DNA of 64,000 nt from Klebsormidium nitens. Taxonomy: Eukaryota > Plantae > Klebsormidiophyceae. Shown piece after piece: positions 1 through 11,956 of the stretch. The DNA is taken from positions 295,728 through 359,727 of the forward strand of contig DF236959.1 of the NCBI GenBank assembly GCA_000708835.1, in the 5' to 3' direction. The translations under genes were made by a program, and so were the position numbers. The number at the start of each line of letters is the position of its first letter. Position 1 is the stretch's first letter. Under the pieces are notes generated by a model. The model did no database searches, was not told the origin of the DNA, and saw only the letters and a list, made by a program, of their open reading frames with translations.

Positions 1-319
1 TCGTTGTGGCCCAGAGGATCGTAAGGGCCTTGAGGTTGGCAATCGCCGGGGGGATGGGCCCGGAAATGTGGTTGTACGACAGACATAGATGTGTGAGGTT
101 GGTTCGCTGGCACAGGCGCAATGGGATGCTTCCGCCGACGTTGTTTTTTGAAATGTCGAACCAGGTGCTGTCGCTGAGGCTCTCCCACTGCAAATAAGCT
201 TCTTCCAGAGTGCGAGCGCTCGCCGGTTTGGATAAGTTCAGCAGAGCGACCAGTAGCAGCAGCAAAGCCCTGTCTGCACTCAGCCAGCGGGGACCCTGTC
301 GGAGGAGGGAGAGCGCCAT
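1..319 (-). CDS. 5' part of a signal-peptide plus plant-type leucine-rich-repeat protein (secreted LRR or receptor-like); runs off the left edge
   Basis: Manual translation from ATG at 319: MALSLLRQGPRWLSADRALLLLLVALLNLSKPASARTLEEAYLQWESLSDSTWFDISKNNVGGSIPLRLCQRTNLTHLCLSYNHISGPIPPAIANLKALTILWATT. Hydrophobic N-terminal stretch followed by LxxLxLxxNxxsGxIP repeats. Absent from the ORF track, presumably because no stop lies inside the window. Confidence 0.85.
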   Translation of the reverse strand, partial: MALSLLRQGPRWLSADRALLLLLVALLNLSKPASARTLEEAYLQWESLSDSTWFDISKNNVGGSIPLRLCQRTNLTHLCLSYNHISGPIPPAIANLKALTILWATT

Positions 320-1014
320 TGCACCTGGACGAGGGGCAAACCCTTCACTTAGCTGGTAGGAAGCGAGTAGCACAACAATATCCTCCAGTTTTGGCTAGCA
401 ACAGGCGACTTCCGCATTGACTGTAAGTCCACTCAAGTTTCCAAACCGCTATCTAATGGAAAGCATACCAAAGGCCAGAAAATCTTCAATTGTTGCTCAC
501 CTACACTTAAAAGTTCTTAGCTATGGCGACCGTGGTTCGATAGAGGAGTGATGCACACAATCGACATTGCAGGCAGACTTTTCATTTGACCAGACAGTTT
601 CTAGACCGGCTCCGCTCCTCCACCTTGCGGATACCCTAAGAGTTGGCCCGATTTGACTTGATCGATTGTAAACAAACTTCATCATTGTGCTTGAACCTCT
701 TACTTATAATCACCGAGCTTTGACACGTCAGATGTCAGAACAGTTTTTACATTGCGAAGAACGAGGAGACATACTAGCAAGACTCGCATGGACCTGCCTG
801 CTATAGTGTCAAGTCAAAGAATGTAGCAATCTTCAGCTTTCTTTCTGTTGCGTCATATAGTTTCTAAAGGGCTGCGATTTCAAAGCTTGTCAGTCTAACG
901 ATTCCTTAGTATAAGATTGCTGTTTTCAGAACATTAGTATATCCCAGAGGCCCCTCCCACAGTGGTTCGAGACCTTGCTTGAGTATCTTAGAATGAGCAG
1001 CTTATGATATTGGA

Positions 1015-1490
1015 ACCCCAGCTTTCTGAATGAATTCCCCAAAGCTGCCACACAGAAGCATCGAGGAAGTAATTCTGGACAGACAGGATGGGGGGATTCC
1101 TCGAAGTGCAAAGAGATCTTGCCAGCGAGGACCTACAAACCAGCCTGTCAACTCACATGACTGATAAGAGAACTTGTACAGAATCATACGAAACGCGGAG
1201 GGCCTCAATCACGGAGTTTCTATTTGAATTCTGCGATAAAGATCCCACAATGATGATCCAGATAAGAACCAGACGGAATCACAACATGGTAAGGGTTAAG
1301 CAAAGCCGCCGCTTGGTTTGACCAACAAGTCTAAGTTCTGCATTTGCGGAAGTGCCCCCTCAGCAGCTTTCTGAACCAAATCTCCGAAAGCTGCCATGCA
1401 GAACCATTGAGGAAGTAATTGTTGACAATGATAGGGGGATCCCCTGAAGAGCAACGAGAGCTTGCCACTGGAAACAAGCTTTTTACATAG
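1015..1490. repeat. Degenerate direct duplication (about 115-130 bp copies at about 1015-1135 and 1360-1490)
   Basis: cagctttctgaatgaattccccaaagctgccacacagaagcatcgaggaagtaattctggac versus cagctttctgaaccaaatctccgaaagctgccatgcagaaccattgaggaagtaattgttgac; similarity continues through gggggat(t/c)cc and gag(atc/agc)ttgcca. Confidence 0.7.
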
Positions 1491-1911
1491 AGACATCACA
1501 GTTCTGAACAGCCGACAATACACTGCTTGTTGATATGCAGGGGAACAGAAAGATTCAGCGCCGTCATCAAACCAAAATTTGGCTACCTGCCGAGCCCCTG
1601 CCGAGTTTCGTAAATTGCATGATGCCGCAACAGAAGTTAGTCCTGAGCAGATAGTTATCGCATTCCAACTTCAAAAACGTCACTTCCCCTTCATATTGAG
1701 TGACAAGCAAGGAGCACCTTGAACGTTGTCTCATGTATGTCATTCTGGACACTGGCCTAGGGCAGAGGAACTGCAAATTACTCAAATTAGAAGCCCCGAA
1801 GAACCTGGCATGTTACTCACCTGCCTGGTGTGAATGCCACTTGTGTCCGCTTCAGTTCAGCGCTCAAGGGCTCCCCCAGCGACCTCCTGTAAACCCATCA
1901 AAAGCCCACCG

Positions 1912-1981
1912 CCATCAGCGTTTGTGCATACTGTCGATCTGATGTTGAATCAACCAAAAATCAACACGGAATAAAATCAAC
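1912..1981 (+). repeat. Left terminal inverted repeat
   Basis: ccatcagcgtttgtgcatactgtcgatctgatgttgaatcaaccaaaaatcaacacggaataaaatcaac aligns gaplessly with the reverse complement of 18050-18119. Confidence 0.85.
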
Positions 1982-2090
1982 ACTGGCTTTAACGGCTGAT
2001 CAACGTTGATTAGGAATCAACAACATATAATCAACGGAAATCAACAGTCGCTGTTGATTTTGCTTCATGATTCTCTTTCAACGTCGAATC
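1943..2090. repeat. Left subterminal array of ATCAAC/GTTGAT motifs
   Basis: At least 7 (a/g)atcaac copies, including the perfect 12 bp palindrome atcaacgttgat near 2000-2010. Short subterminal repeats are typical of CACTA elements. Confidence 0.7.
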
Positions 2091-2421
2091 ATGTACGTAT
2101 CAAGAAGGGCAGGGATACTTGATCAGGCGTGTGATCTGTGTTGATTGAGCACCATATTAATGGAGCTTGTACAATGCGAACATGGGATGTAGAGATGCAA
2201 ACTCATTGCATGTGATTGATTCGGGCACGCATCCATCAGACTCAGCGGTCTAAACACGCAACCCATTGAACGATTATTTGGAAACAATTTCATATCAGAT
2301 GATGTCAATCGTAAGAACAAGTAGTTCTAGACACCAAGTGAGAGTTCCTACTGCTGGCTACTACGTCTCATCAGAACTGGTGACGAATCAGGTCCTTGTA
2401 GTACACAACGAGCTAACGTGA

Positions 2422-5400
2422 CTAATCAAACCACTGTTCGGGGTTTGCTGCGGTGTCGTTGGCTTGCTCAGACGAACCATTCTCACTTGCTCCCGCTGCT
2501 GCCATTGCCTTCGCGCGCTCTGCTGCACGGCTCTGAAGCCTCATCGGGCAGACCGTAGGGTCTTCCGGTGCCACAACAACTACGAAAGCACTGACTCGGG
2601 GCTCTCCGGCTAGAGCCTCCTCGCGTAAGTGTAGCATCGTCGCCTCCTGCTTCTCCAAACGCTTGATGCCCCGGAATTGCAGCTCCAGCTGCGTCGAAGT
2701 GAGAGGTCGTTTTCAGCTTTATGCTATCGTGCACCATCAGCATTGGTAGTGGTATCTTCTGAGTCTGAGCTAGACAGGTCCCAACTACTCAATTAGCTTT
2801 TGAGTAGACATTTGGGCATGGTGGAGCTGTTGATAGTGCTGTAAGGATCTAACCGTCCAGAGAATAAGGTGCTTGCACAACAGAAATCGTTAACTCCTCT
2901 CGAGCTGCTCGAACTTCTGCCAAATCACTGGCCTAATGAAGTCGAAGCGCTTCCGCATTCACCACAGCAATCCGCCTGGAATCCGAAAGTTTGCGGGTCT
3001 GACCTTTGATTATATGAAAATGGCTTTCATTTCATCGAAGTCAAAGACAAAGTGTTCTGACGAATTGACCAAGTCGCTCAGAGGTTCGCATCTAGCAATT
3101 AAGCAACTCAATTGGAGTGGCCCACTGGATAGGGTTCGAAAGTACGTACCACAACCTCGACCAATGCAAGCCGAGCCAATGTCACGACAAGCTGATCTGG
3201 TACAGGTTGATGGTCAACGTCCACGCCACACGCCTTCGCCAAGACTGTACGGAAGCGCAGGTCACCGTAGGCGTCCGTACCTGCCTTGCGATAGGCGTCA
3301 CCTGTCGACATGCATGAGGATGATCGAGGATGTCAGCAAGACGTCCCAGGACTTGTCAGATGTCTCGAAACAGTTTGACCAGGATACAAGGACCATTCAC
3401 GTGCGGGACGACGGAGATGCAGCTGCTCAGACAAAGCTGGACATCTTGTCGTGGACATGGATCCCATAATTGCTCTGATCAGGTCTCAACAACCGAGAAA
3501 CCTGATTGTCACTGTATCAAAGTTCGCAAGAGGGGAATACTGGGCCTCCCGAGCTGTTGGGTTCAAAAAGCAGATTCTGACGTACAGCCAGTACAGGGCT
3601 TGCAAAGAACAGCATATGACATTTATGATATAGGGCACATTTACAGAAAACTTACCTGCGAGAAGCTCGGTGGTAATCTTTGACCAGTCTTCAGTCCCAG
3701 TCGCAGGCAAGTCGTACCACTTTGTTGCTGCTCCCCGAATAGTTGACACCGCTTGGCCTCTCTTCATGCGGAACTTGTCCATTTGGTGAGCTTGGATGAA
3801 GTCTTCGTATAGCTCGTCGAAGAGATCCTCCTGCTCTGGGTCTGGTCCCACTCGAAGTGCGAGCTTGGTGTTGCTCCTCATGAGCTCGGAGTCAGCAACT
3901 CCAGATGTGAGCATGCTTAGGTTGACAGCATCGGAGGCGAGGAGCTGCGGGAAAATTTACAGTGAGTAGGGCGCCTCGTTTTCAACAAATGCTAAACGAC
4001 AAAGCTTTCAAAATGACCGAGACGAGCCCCATCTGCTGTTCCTTACAAATCGTTGGTCGATCCGGAAAACAAATGGACAACTCGGCAAAGAGCTCACTGG
4101 CTGAAACCCACAACTTGAAAGGAAGACGAACTGCGTACATGTGTCGAACCATCCTCAAAGCCTTCCTCTTTCATCAATGTTGGAACGATAGACTACTGGC
4201 CCGTCATTGGTCTTCCAAGTTATGCATCGGAAAGGTCAGAATGGAAGGGAATCCAAAACATTAGCTGCAGAGCCCCTGATCGTAAAAGAAGCATGTCTAT
4301 GGACCGCACAGAAAAAGCAAAGAGCTAAGTGCACCTGACATGGCACCATACAAAATGTTAGCTGAGATCTCAACCTTACAAATCGAATCGAAAGGTTTAC
4401 TTGTAGCTTGTCGCTGTAGATATGCGCACGCGGCTGCTTACTTTGATTGGGGACTTTGCGGAGCTGAGGAGCTTGGGGTTTGCCTTGAGTTTTTCGAGGG
4501 GCCCAAGCTGATGCTCCGGCACTCCAACCTGCACAGGCAACGTAATCAATGAGTCTTGTTATCTGGTTACGTAGGACAAGACAATACGTTTCTATCTTGT
4601 TGGATTGCGTTCTGCTTTTGTGGGAGGAAATGCAGCTGAATCCGCAAGGAAGAAAGTGCGAGTAAGGCCTAAGCTGTGCTATGAACATCGCCTGCATTGG
4701 AGTTTGCAGAGTGGTACTGATCCAAGTTGGGATAGATAGCAGCTAGCTTGATGACGCAGTCAAATCTAGAAAGAGGTTTTCCGCAGGATGACTACTGAAT
4801 CTGCATTGCTGAGGTTCTCTTCTTGAGCCTTCAGGTTCCTTAATAGATAAGCTGAGCAGAGTTGGATATGCAACATCAACGAGGCGAAGACGAAAACACT
4901 CCAGCTCATTCAGTGATTCTAAATTAGAGGCATGCAAGTGAAAGGGTTTCAGAGTAGATCACATGTTGAGACACCGTCACCGAAGACGTTGCAGGGTCAG
5001 GACTTTGCTGGCTCAATCCTGGTCTTGTCTTCTTGAAGCAGTTTAGGAGCTGAGTCATTGACTTCTCCAGTCTGTCGTTGCGCGCCAGTTGCTCAACCTG
5101 GGCCTGCTGCATTTTCAGGTGCGACATAAGCAAAAGGTTGAGGTCGATACCGGCTTCATTGGAAGCCGCGGAGAGCACCAGGTTAGCTGCGGCACTTCGA
5201 CGGATGTTGCTACAGGACTCTCCACCTGCGACAGAAAACAAAGTAAGAGAGTAAGGACCAGCATTGGATCATCTGGAGCGCTCTCATTACTTGAGACCCC
5301 GCCCGTACATATCAAGTAGTCTGGCCAATTCTGGCAAAACACTTCATCTGCCTATGTTAAAACTCGAGTTTGGCTATCTTCCTGCTTCAAGTAAGCAGCT

Positions 5401-6684
5401 GAACCACCAGATTCAGGGAGATCATTGCATCAGGCATTGCAGGGTGACTAACACAGCCTCTGACTTCCTCATTCAATCCTGACCTTCCTCAAATCCCTTT
5501 CAAGAAACCACGATCACAATTCATTTTCACTTACTCTTCTTATCCTGAACGGGGACGATTGCTCTATCGTTTCCAGCTTTCTTCCTCCTTTTGCGCGGTG
5601 CCTCTTTCCTTGGGATCGCTCCCAACAGTTCAGCGAGGTCGTCCTCGGCAGCATCGCTATCAACCTCACCACCTTGCAGAAACGAAAGAGAGGCATGCTG
5701 TGAGCTGTTTCAGAAGATAGAATGATGTTTCACAGCTTAGTAGGCCTTGAATGCTCTAATATACTTGGATGAAGTGTCCACAAAAATGTATGATATTCTG
5801 CTGAATGCAGCTTGCCTTCTCTGAAAGGTCACCTTCAATAGGGAACTGTATACATGGCGGAAACAAACTATGGCAGCTATCCCAAATGGCATCAAGGTGG
5901 ACGAGACCTGTATAGCTACCAAGACCAGGACTCAGCTAGTGCGCGACGTCAATCTGGTGTTATCCTCCCTTTGACATGTTCCCAGCCTTAATCTCTTGAT
6001 TGCAGGGCTGACTTGCTGCTAAACACTGGCTACTTTGTGGGATCACAAAAAAGCATTGCAGAATCCAATCCATTTGAAATTACAGTTTGAAAGTTGCCTT
6101 ACTCTTTTCGGTATCCTCAGCCTCCTCGGTACCCAGTTCCTTAGCAGCATCCTCCTCCTCCAGGTCATCGTCTCGAAACTATCCGTCTCCTCTTCACCAT
6201 CCTCACCCTCTTTGTATTCGGAACCTGAATGCTCCACCGAAGGCTCTCTGCGTGCCCGTCTGCCTGCGGCCTCAGTGCCGCCAGCATCTACATTCAGCTC
6301 ATCCTCCTCTTCACTTGAATCTTCTGCAAACAAGTTCTGCATCTGCGGCCTGTTCCTTTTGCCATTAGCATTGGCGCTGTCAGGTTGTCCAGCTGCAGCT
6401 GCTATGGCTGCTTTCGCTTTGGCGAGAGCGGCGGGATTCTTACAGTTCTTAGTCAACCATTTTGCGACTTCTCCAGCGTCATCCCCTAGCATGTGTGCAA
6501 GGCGGGCCTCTTCAGTGGTGGCTGATCTCTTAGGCCTTTCTGCCAGAGAAGGAAGCGGACCGCTGTCTTCTTTGTCCTTTGGTAGAGCACCACCACTGGC
6601 TTTGGCCCGCTTGTCGCCAGCGGATGCGGCATCATTCCCTTTCCTCCCTCCACCGCCAGCCATAATTGACCATTCGCTGTGCAA
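2422..6684 (-). CDS. Multi-exon passenger gene of unknown function (basic/acidic low-complexity N-terminus, helical C-terminal part); possibly frameshifted
   Basis: Exon-like blocks bounded by AG/GT: 6684-about 6104 (MAGGGGRKGND...), about 5670-5535 (GEVDSDAAEDDLAELLGAIPRKEAPRKRRKK), about 5226-4980 (MSHLKMQQAQVEQLARNDRLEKSM), about 3940-3655 (EQEDLFDELYEDFIQAHQMDKFRMKRG), about 3300-3145 (DLRFRTVLAKACGVDVD) and about 2688-2422 (LELQFRGIKRLEKQE...NPEQWFD*). Some internal exons are unresolved; no domain recognised. Confidence 0.6.
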
Positions 6685-7656
6685 GGCGACGTGGAAAAGT
6701 AAGTCTTACTTACCTAGGTAGAAAGGTCTTGTCTTTTTCAATTCCTCACGTCATTGCGGCAAGCACTGGCAACCTAGCAACCTCACTCAGTACCCAAGTC
6801 AGACTCGGGGTCACTGGTCAGTGGTCACGGGTCAGGCTGACCTTCTTTTTGAATGCGTTTCGTACTTGCTGACTCAAACGTTTGCCGTCGATCTTCAATC
6901 TGTGCGATCGAAGGGTCCTTTCACGGGCTGCATGCTTCAATATAAAGAAACTAACAGCGTCGATGTACGGCTTCTCATCGCCTTTGCCGTTCGATGTACT
7001 TTTCCCGCCACTTCCAACTGTAGATTACCGCCGTAAGATTATCTGAGGCGACAATCTTGAGTCGTCCGATGCACCTGAAGGAAGGGCAGTTCTCCGAAAC
7101 GCTCTTCATCGTCCATCAGAGGCACAAAGAATGATCGGAAGGCTGACATTCATTCACGTCCTAATCGTGTGAGTGGAAGAACATGATCTCGGTATAGTTC
7201 AAGTCTCAAGAAGGTCCAGTCTATCAATACCTATAGCGGGTGCAAGCGAAGCATGCCAATGGCGTCAATCTGGTAATGGATGGCACCCTTGAAGGCATCT
7301 TGCCAACCTAGGTTGCGCAGCAAGATTGTAGTTGAAACATCTAATGGAAGCCTCTTTTGGTCCAAGAAAGGTGGATTATTGTTTTTTCCTTTGTATCTTT
7401 CAGCACTTCTTGGTGGTAATGGGGATATGCTGACATTCCGTGAGAACACCAGTGACCAGGTGTTGACTAGGGTTGTACACAGTCTGGACAGAGTGAGAGG
7501 TTGAAGCTTCCACAAAAAGCGGAGCACACTCAGGCTGAACACGCTGTAAGCTCAGGGTGGCAGATGTGCAGCCACAGCTGCAGTGGGCTTTGAAGGTCAC
7601 GCCTCACACCATAGCAGGGGTTTGTGTACTGGCAGGATCAGTCTTAGATGTTGCAG

Positions 7657-10369
7657 CTGCAGATGGAGAGCAGCGAGTTGGGTGTTGGTGTCCGCCTTAT
7701 TTGCAAGGCAGAATCAACGAGCACCTGGGAGTTTGAGGAGCCGCTGTACTCATCTCTGCCGCCTCTGCATTCAGTAGATATGCCCCGCGAGCTTGTCAGG
7801 GTAAACGCGCCGGCATCCTTAGTTGAGCCTCTTCATGTTTACCTTCATGCGGCGCTGTCAAAAGAGAAGGACTCAGCGGGCAAGTGGCGGGCCCTGTTCA
7901 TGAGATATTACCAATCAGAGCGAAAGCTTTGGGATTCTGTGTTTCTTCGATTTGAATCGCAGTATCGACTCAAGCAGATTGAAGGCATTTTTCAGAAGCT
8001 GAAGCGAGGGAACATTGCAAAGAAGCCGGTTGTTCGAGTCACCGCGGTGGTGGCCTTGCCGCGAGCTCGTGGTTCTGGCAGCAGGTGAGTTTCCGGGACC
8101 CAAAACTCTAATAAGGGGTCTTCCGCAGGCTTTTGTTGCCCATCATTGCTGAAGCCTCACGGTGGTCATTTGAAAGGTATTGTTCTAGAGAGGCGTGGAA
8201 CCCTTGCCAACCCAGGTTTAAGTGAGCGTGCCTCTTTCAATAAACAGACTTTACTACCGAGTGTCCGTTAAGAACCTGCTCAAGGTAGACTTGCTGCAGA
8301 CAATGGCGCCGCCGAGTATGCCATCCACTTTGGATTTGCACCGTTCATGTTTGCAGGCTTTAGGAAAATCCTCACACTTGACTACTCACCAATCTTGTGT
8401 CGATTGCTCTACATGTTCATAGATCAGAGAAGTCTGCTGAGAGTCACTGTCCTTGCTGGTCGATTTGAGATGGATTGTGTTGAAGCTCAGAGTATTGCCG
8501 GATCAGGTCCAGTGTAATCACGTACATTGCCCATTCTGCAGGGACGGTCGCACAGGGACAGAGGTGGAGAGGTCGGGCGAGCAAAGCGCAGGTGGGGCTC
8601 TCGAAGTTGTGCAGACGGGGAATGTAAGATCTGCCGACGACAACGGCACACAAGGGCCAGGTCGGGAAAGGGAAAGATCAGGGGCAAAGGCAGAAGCAGC
8701 GTTTGCAAATGGGGAAGTTGGCAGTTTAGGAAAGCCAGGAGGTGCTGATGCGCGGAGTGGGGGAATACCTCCTCAGGGTCTAAGAGAGACGGATATGGAC
8801 GGGGCAACAAAAGGCGAGAGCGTGGGGCAGGCAGCGAAGAGCGGCAGTGGGGGCTGCAATAGCGCGGTTGCAAGCACTTCAAGCTGTCAAGCTGCCTCCG
8901 GCATCAAGGGAGGGGTGAACGGCGCCGCAGCATCCTTCGAGACGGTGCCAAATGGAACAGTGGACAAGGTATGTATGCAGTTACACTTGATCTGGGAGTT
9001 CCCTTGCTTGAGAATCACAGACTGACAAGGCAGGATTCTGCCTTGCATGTCCGGCTGAAAACCTGCTAGTTGTGTCTTGCCTATGAAGATTTCGATTGTC
9101 AATTGGGAGCTCGTGTTCCTTCCTGTTGTGTTGTGTCACAAGCCAATTGCTGCGCAGATTCGATCACGCATTGTGAGTTTGTTTGGTGTGGTATTGCTGT
9201 TGAGAAACAGAGAACAGGTTTTTTGTCTCGTTGTGTTTGCAAGCTGGTTCTGTCCACATCCCTTGCTTTCAATTCAATATCCGTTTTGAACATATTCGAA
9301 AGCTCGCTGCGCAATCAGGGCAATCCAAAGTTGGCCACTGAGGATTCCCTACAAGCGAATATTGAGCACGCCAGTCTTGATCAGTCACGATCCAGTCATA
9401 CCTCAGCTCAGACTGCAGAGAAGTAATGTTCATCAACTCTTTGTTGACCACACCTTTGTGCTGCAGTCCCTGCGCATGCTGACGATTGAGGAGCGAGAGA
9501 TGCTCCAACTGCCGGACCTGGCTGACGCTGTGGGGAGTGGGTCGTATGGAACGGTATATGAAGTGTTGGTTGACGGGGGGTCTTCTTGGGCTCGCGTCTT
9601 TCCCGATCGTGTTGGGACCAGGGTTGCTGTAAAAGAATATCGCCCTAAGGGCCTAGGTACTGCGTACACAGTCGAAAACGTTTCTTATGAGGTCATTCTA
9701 GCATCAGCTTTCTCTCACAACAATGTCGTTAAGCCTTTCGCAGTGTGCATCAGCGGTCCAGCTTTGCCTCTCGCTTTCTTTCCTTACTTCAATCAGGGAT
9801 CTTTAGGATCTGTCCTTCGAAAACGGGATGATCGCAGCTTGAAAAAGCCCCTCGCTAAGCTGATGTGGACAGCTAGGGTTCTCGTAGGGGCGTGCTTGGA
9901 TCTTTTGAAGGCAATCCAGCACGTTCATGGTAAGGGCATTGTACATAATGACCTGACTCCCAACAATATCCTCGTTCACTTTGACGAACGTGAGTTGTCA
10001 ATAAAACTGGCTGTGCACGACTTTGGTTTGGCGAGTAGGCTTGTCGACCGCAAGAGTCACCGAAGTTTCAAGTCCGTCAAAGAGGAGGAGCAGTATGCTA
10101 AGAGGTACAGGTACGTTGCTCGAGAGCTCATCTTAGGGAGCTGCTTTTCAAAGGCAAGCGACATGTATGCTGTAGGTCTTCTGTTGGAGGATATTCTAGG
10201 GCTCGATCGGGCTTCCGTCAGAAAGGAATTGTCGGAATCAAGAGATTGGAGCGAGGTGCTTCTTTCATTAGCTTCGTTGGCCGAAAAAGTCCCTTCAAAG
10301 AGGCCGACTTGCGATCAGGTACTTCATGCTTTTGAGACATTGTGGCGAGTATATCAGTATAGGAACTGA
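7657..10369 (+). CDS. Spliced Ser/Thr protein kinase (non-RD, HND catalytic loop) with an uncharacterised N-terminal domain; 5' exons unresolved
   Basis: Phase-consistent exons 7657-8084, 8542-8968, 9467-10369. Kinase motifs: GSGSYG, VAVK, alpha-C Glu (SYEV), HNDLTPNNILV, HDFG, YVARE (APE equivalent), SDMYAVG. Confidence 0.9.
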
Positions 10370-11956
10370 AAGACGAAAGCTAATGTACATTAACGAACTA
10401 AGAACATTGTTCGTAAGTGCATGGTCCGACGTCACTGAGCTCGAATGGAGTCTTGCACACCCGCCTGTGGAGTTCCGTTCTTGATTGTGCCAGATCGAAT
10501 ATTGCATGTGCCGGCATGCAGTAACTTCGATTACACAAGATGTATATGCAACATGATGAACATGGGGTGCGGTTGAGGTATATGCCGGGCCGACAATTTT
10601 CAACCGTCTCGTAAGCACTGCAAATTCTATATGTGGGCCCGGTCCTCTAACAACCTTAATCAAGCTCTTCAATTGAGACGTTAATGTGACGCTTGTATTC
10701 TATGGCCCGATAAAAGCTTAACGCTTTTAGAGCTAGACGATCCGCGCACTCATTCAACCGTCACTGAGTCAAATCCTACTCCTACATGAACTGTGTATTA
10801 ACCAATGTGTTCGTCTATAATGACATGTCGAGCAGGCGCCGCCGCGTCTGTCGCATGAGCACACCGACATGTTCGAAATTTAACTCCATCCAATAGGCCC
10901 CGTGTATGATACTTACCATCATGAGTTGGCGCGGCATCAGAGGTCCGACTTTATTGCACGCCACCCGATGACCCTAATTAGCGCGTGCCCCTAGCGCGTT
11001 GCGTCATGTGTGCGGTGTGTTGTATCGCTGAGTTTGGCAAATCAATGTTTCGTGAATTTCATGCTGCTTGACTCTCCTGCCAGACATGGCTGACCTAGTA
11101 CGAAAATGTATCATTAACATGATTGCACGAAATATGTTAAATCTTCAAATGGTCTCCGAATGTACAGGCGCCACATTGCCGGACCGGTTGAGTTTGATTC
11201 CAAGGACTTGAATGTTTCTGCGGTCCGCGGGCCACGCCTCACCGTCAGCACTGCAACTGAGTTATCACCGCATCATGCACTTGTACTGCCAGTGCCGCCA
11301 TAACACACGGTACGTATGAGGCTATGATGCGGCATATATATAACTATTCAGACAATTGTAACTTGTGAATGTGCATTGAAGTGAAATTCGAGCTAGCCTT
11401 GAAAGTTTGACTTACTCGCGGACCGACATGTCACGGCGAACGGTAATTTTAAATTCGCATGAACGCGTTGGAAAGAATTCCACATATGTCGGTTCAAAGG
11501 ATGAAGCGCACTGCATGCTGCTCGCACATCTGTACTTTGTATCGAACCCACACTGACAAGCATGACATTGATATATGTTTGGACTCGGTACAGCGTCTTC
11601 GCGAATCTTCGACGACTCGGATTTACATGCATATGATGTCGGGCCCCGGGCTCAAGCAGTCGGCACAATTGCATTGATGTTATTCTCATGCCTGGCCATG
11701 GCATCGTTGTCCGGTCACTAGCACTGTTTTGAACCGGGTTGTGAATGGCACAACAATCATGATATCAGGATCATGAGTACAAAGCTTGATATGGCTGCGA
11801 GCCCCAAAACGTGTGTCGGAATACGTTGAAACTGACAACTCGGGTAAGCTACAATAATTATGATACAGGAACATCCATCCGGTCGAGCGCTCTCGAGTCG
11901 GATGCATCAAGGGCTAGCTGAATATACTTGATCTATTGTTTCCTAGCGACTATGCC

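Noticed and set aside
6035-6721. 228 aa plus-strand ORF
   Set aside because: Antisense shadow of the acidic/Ala-rich first exon of ORF2.
8453-8541. CNHVHCPFC as a possible zinc finger in the kinase gene
   Set aside because: It lies upstream of the phase-compatible acceptor at 8541, so it is probably intronic.
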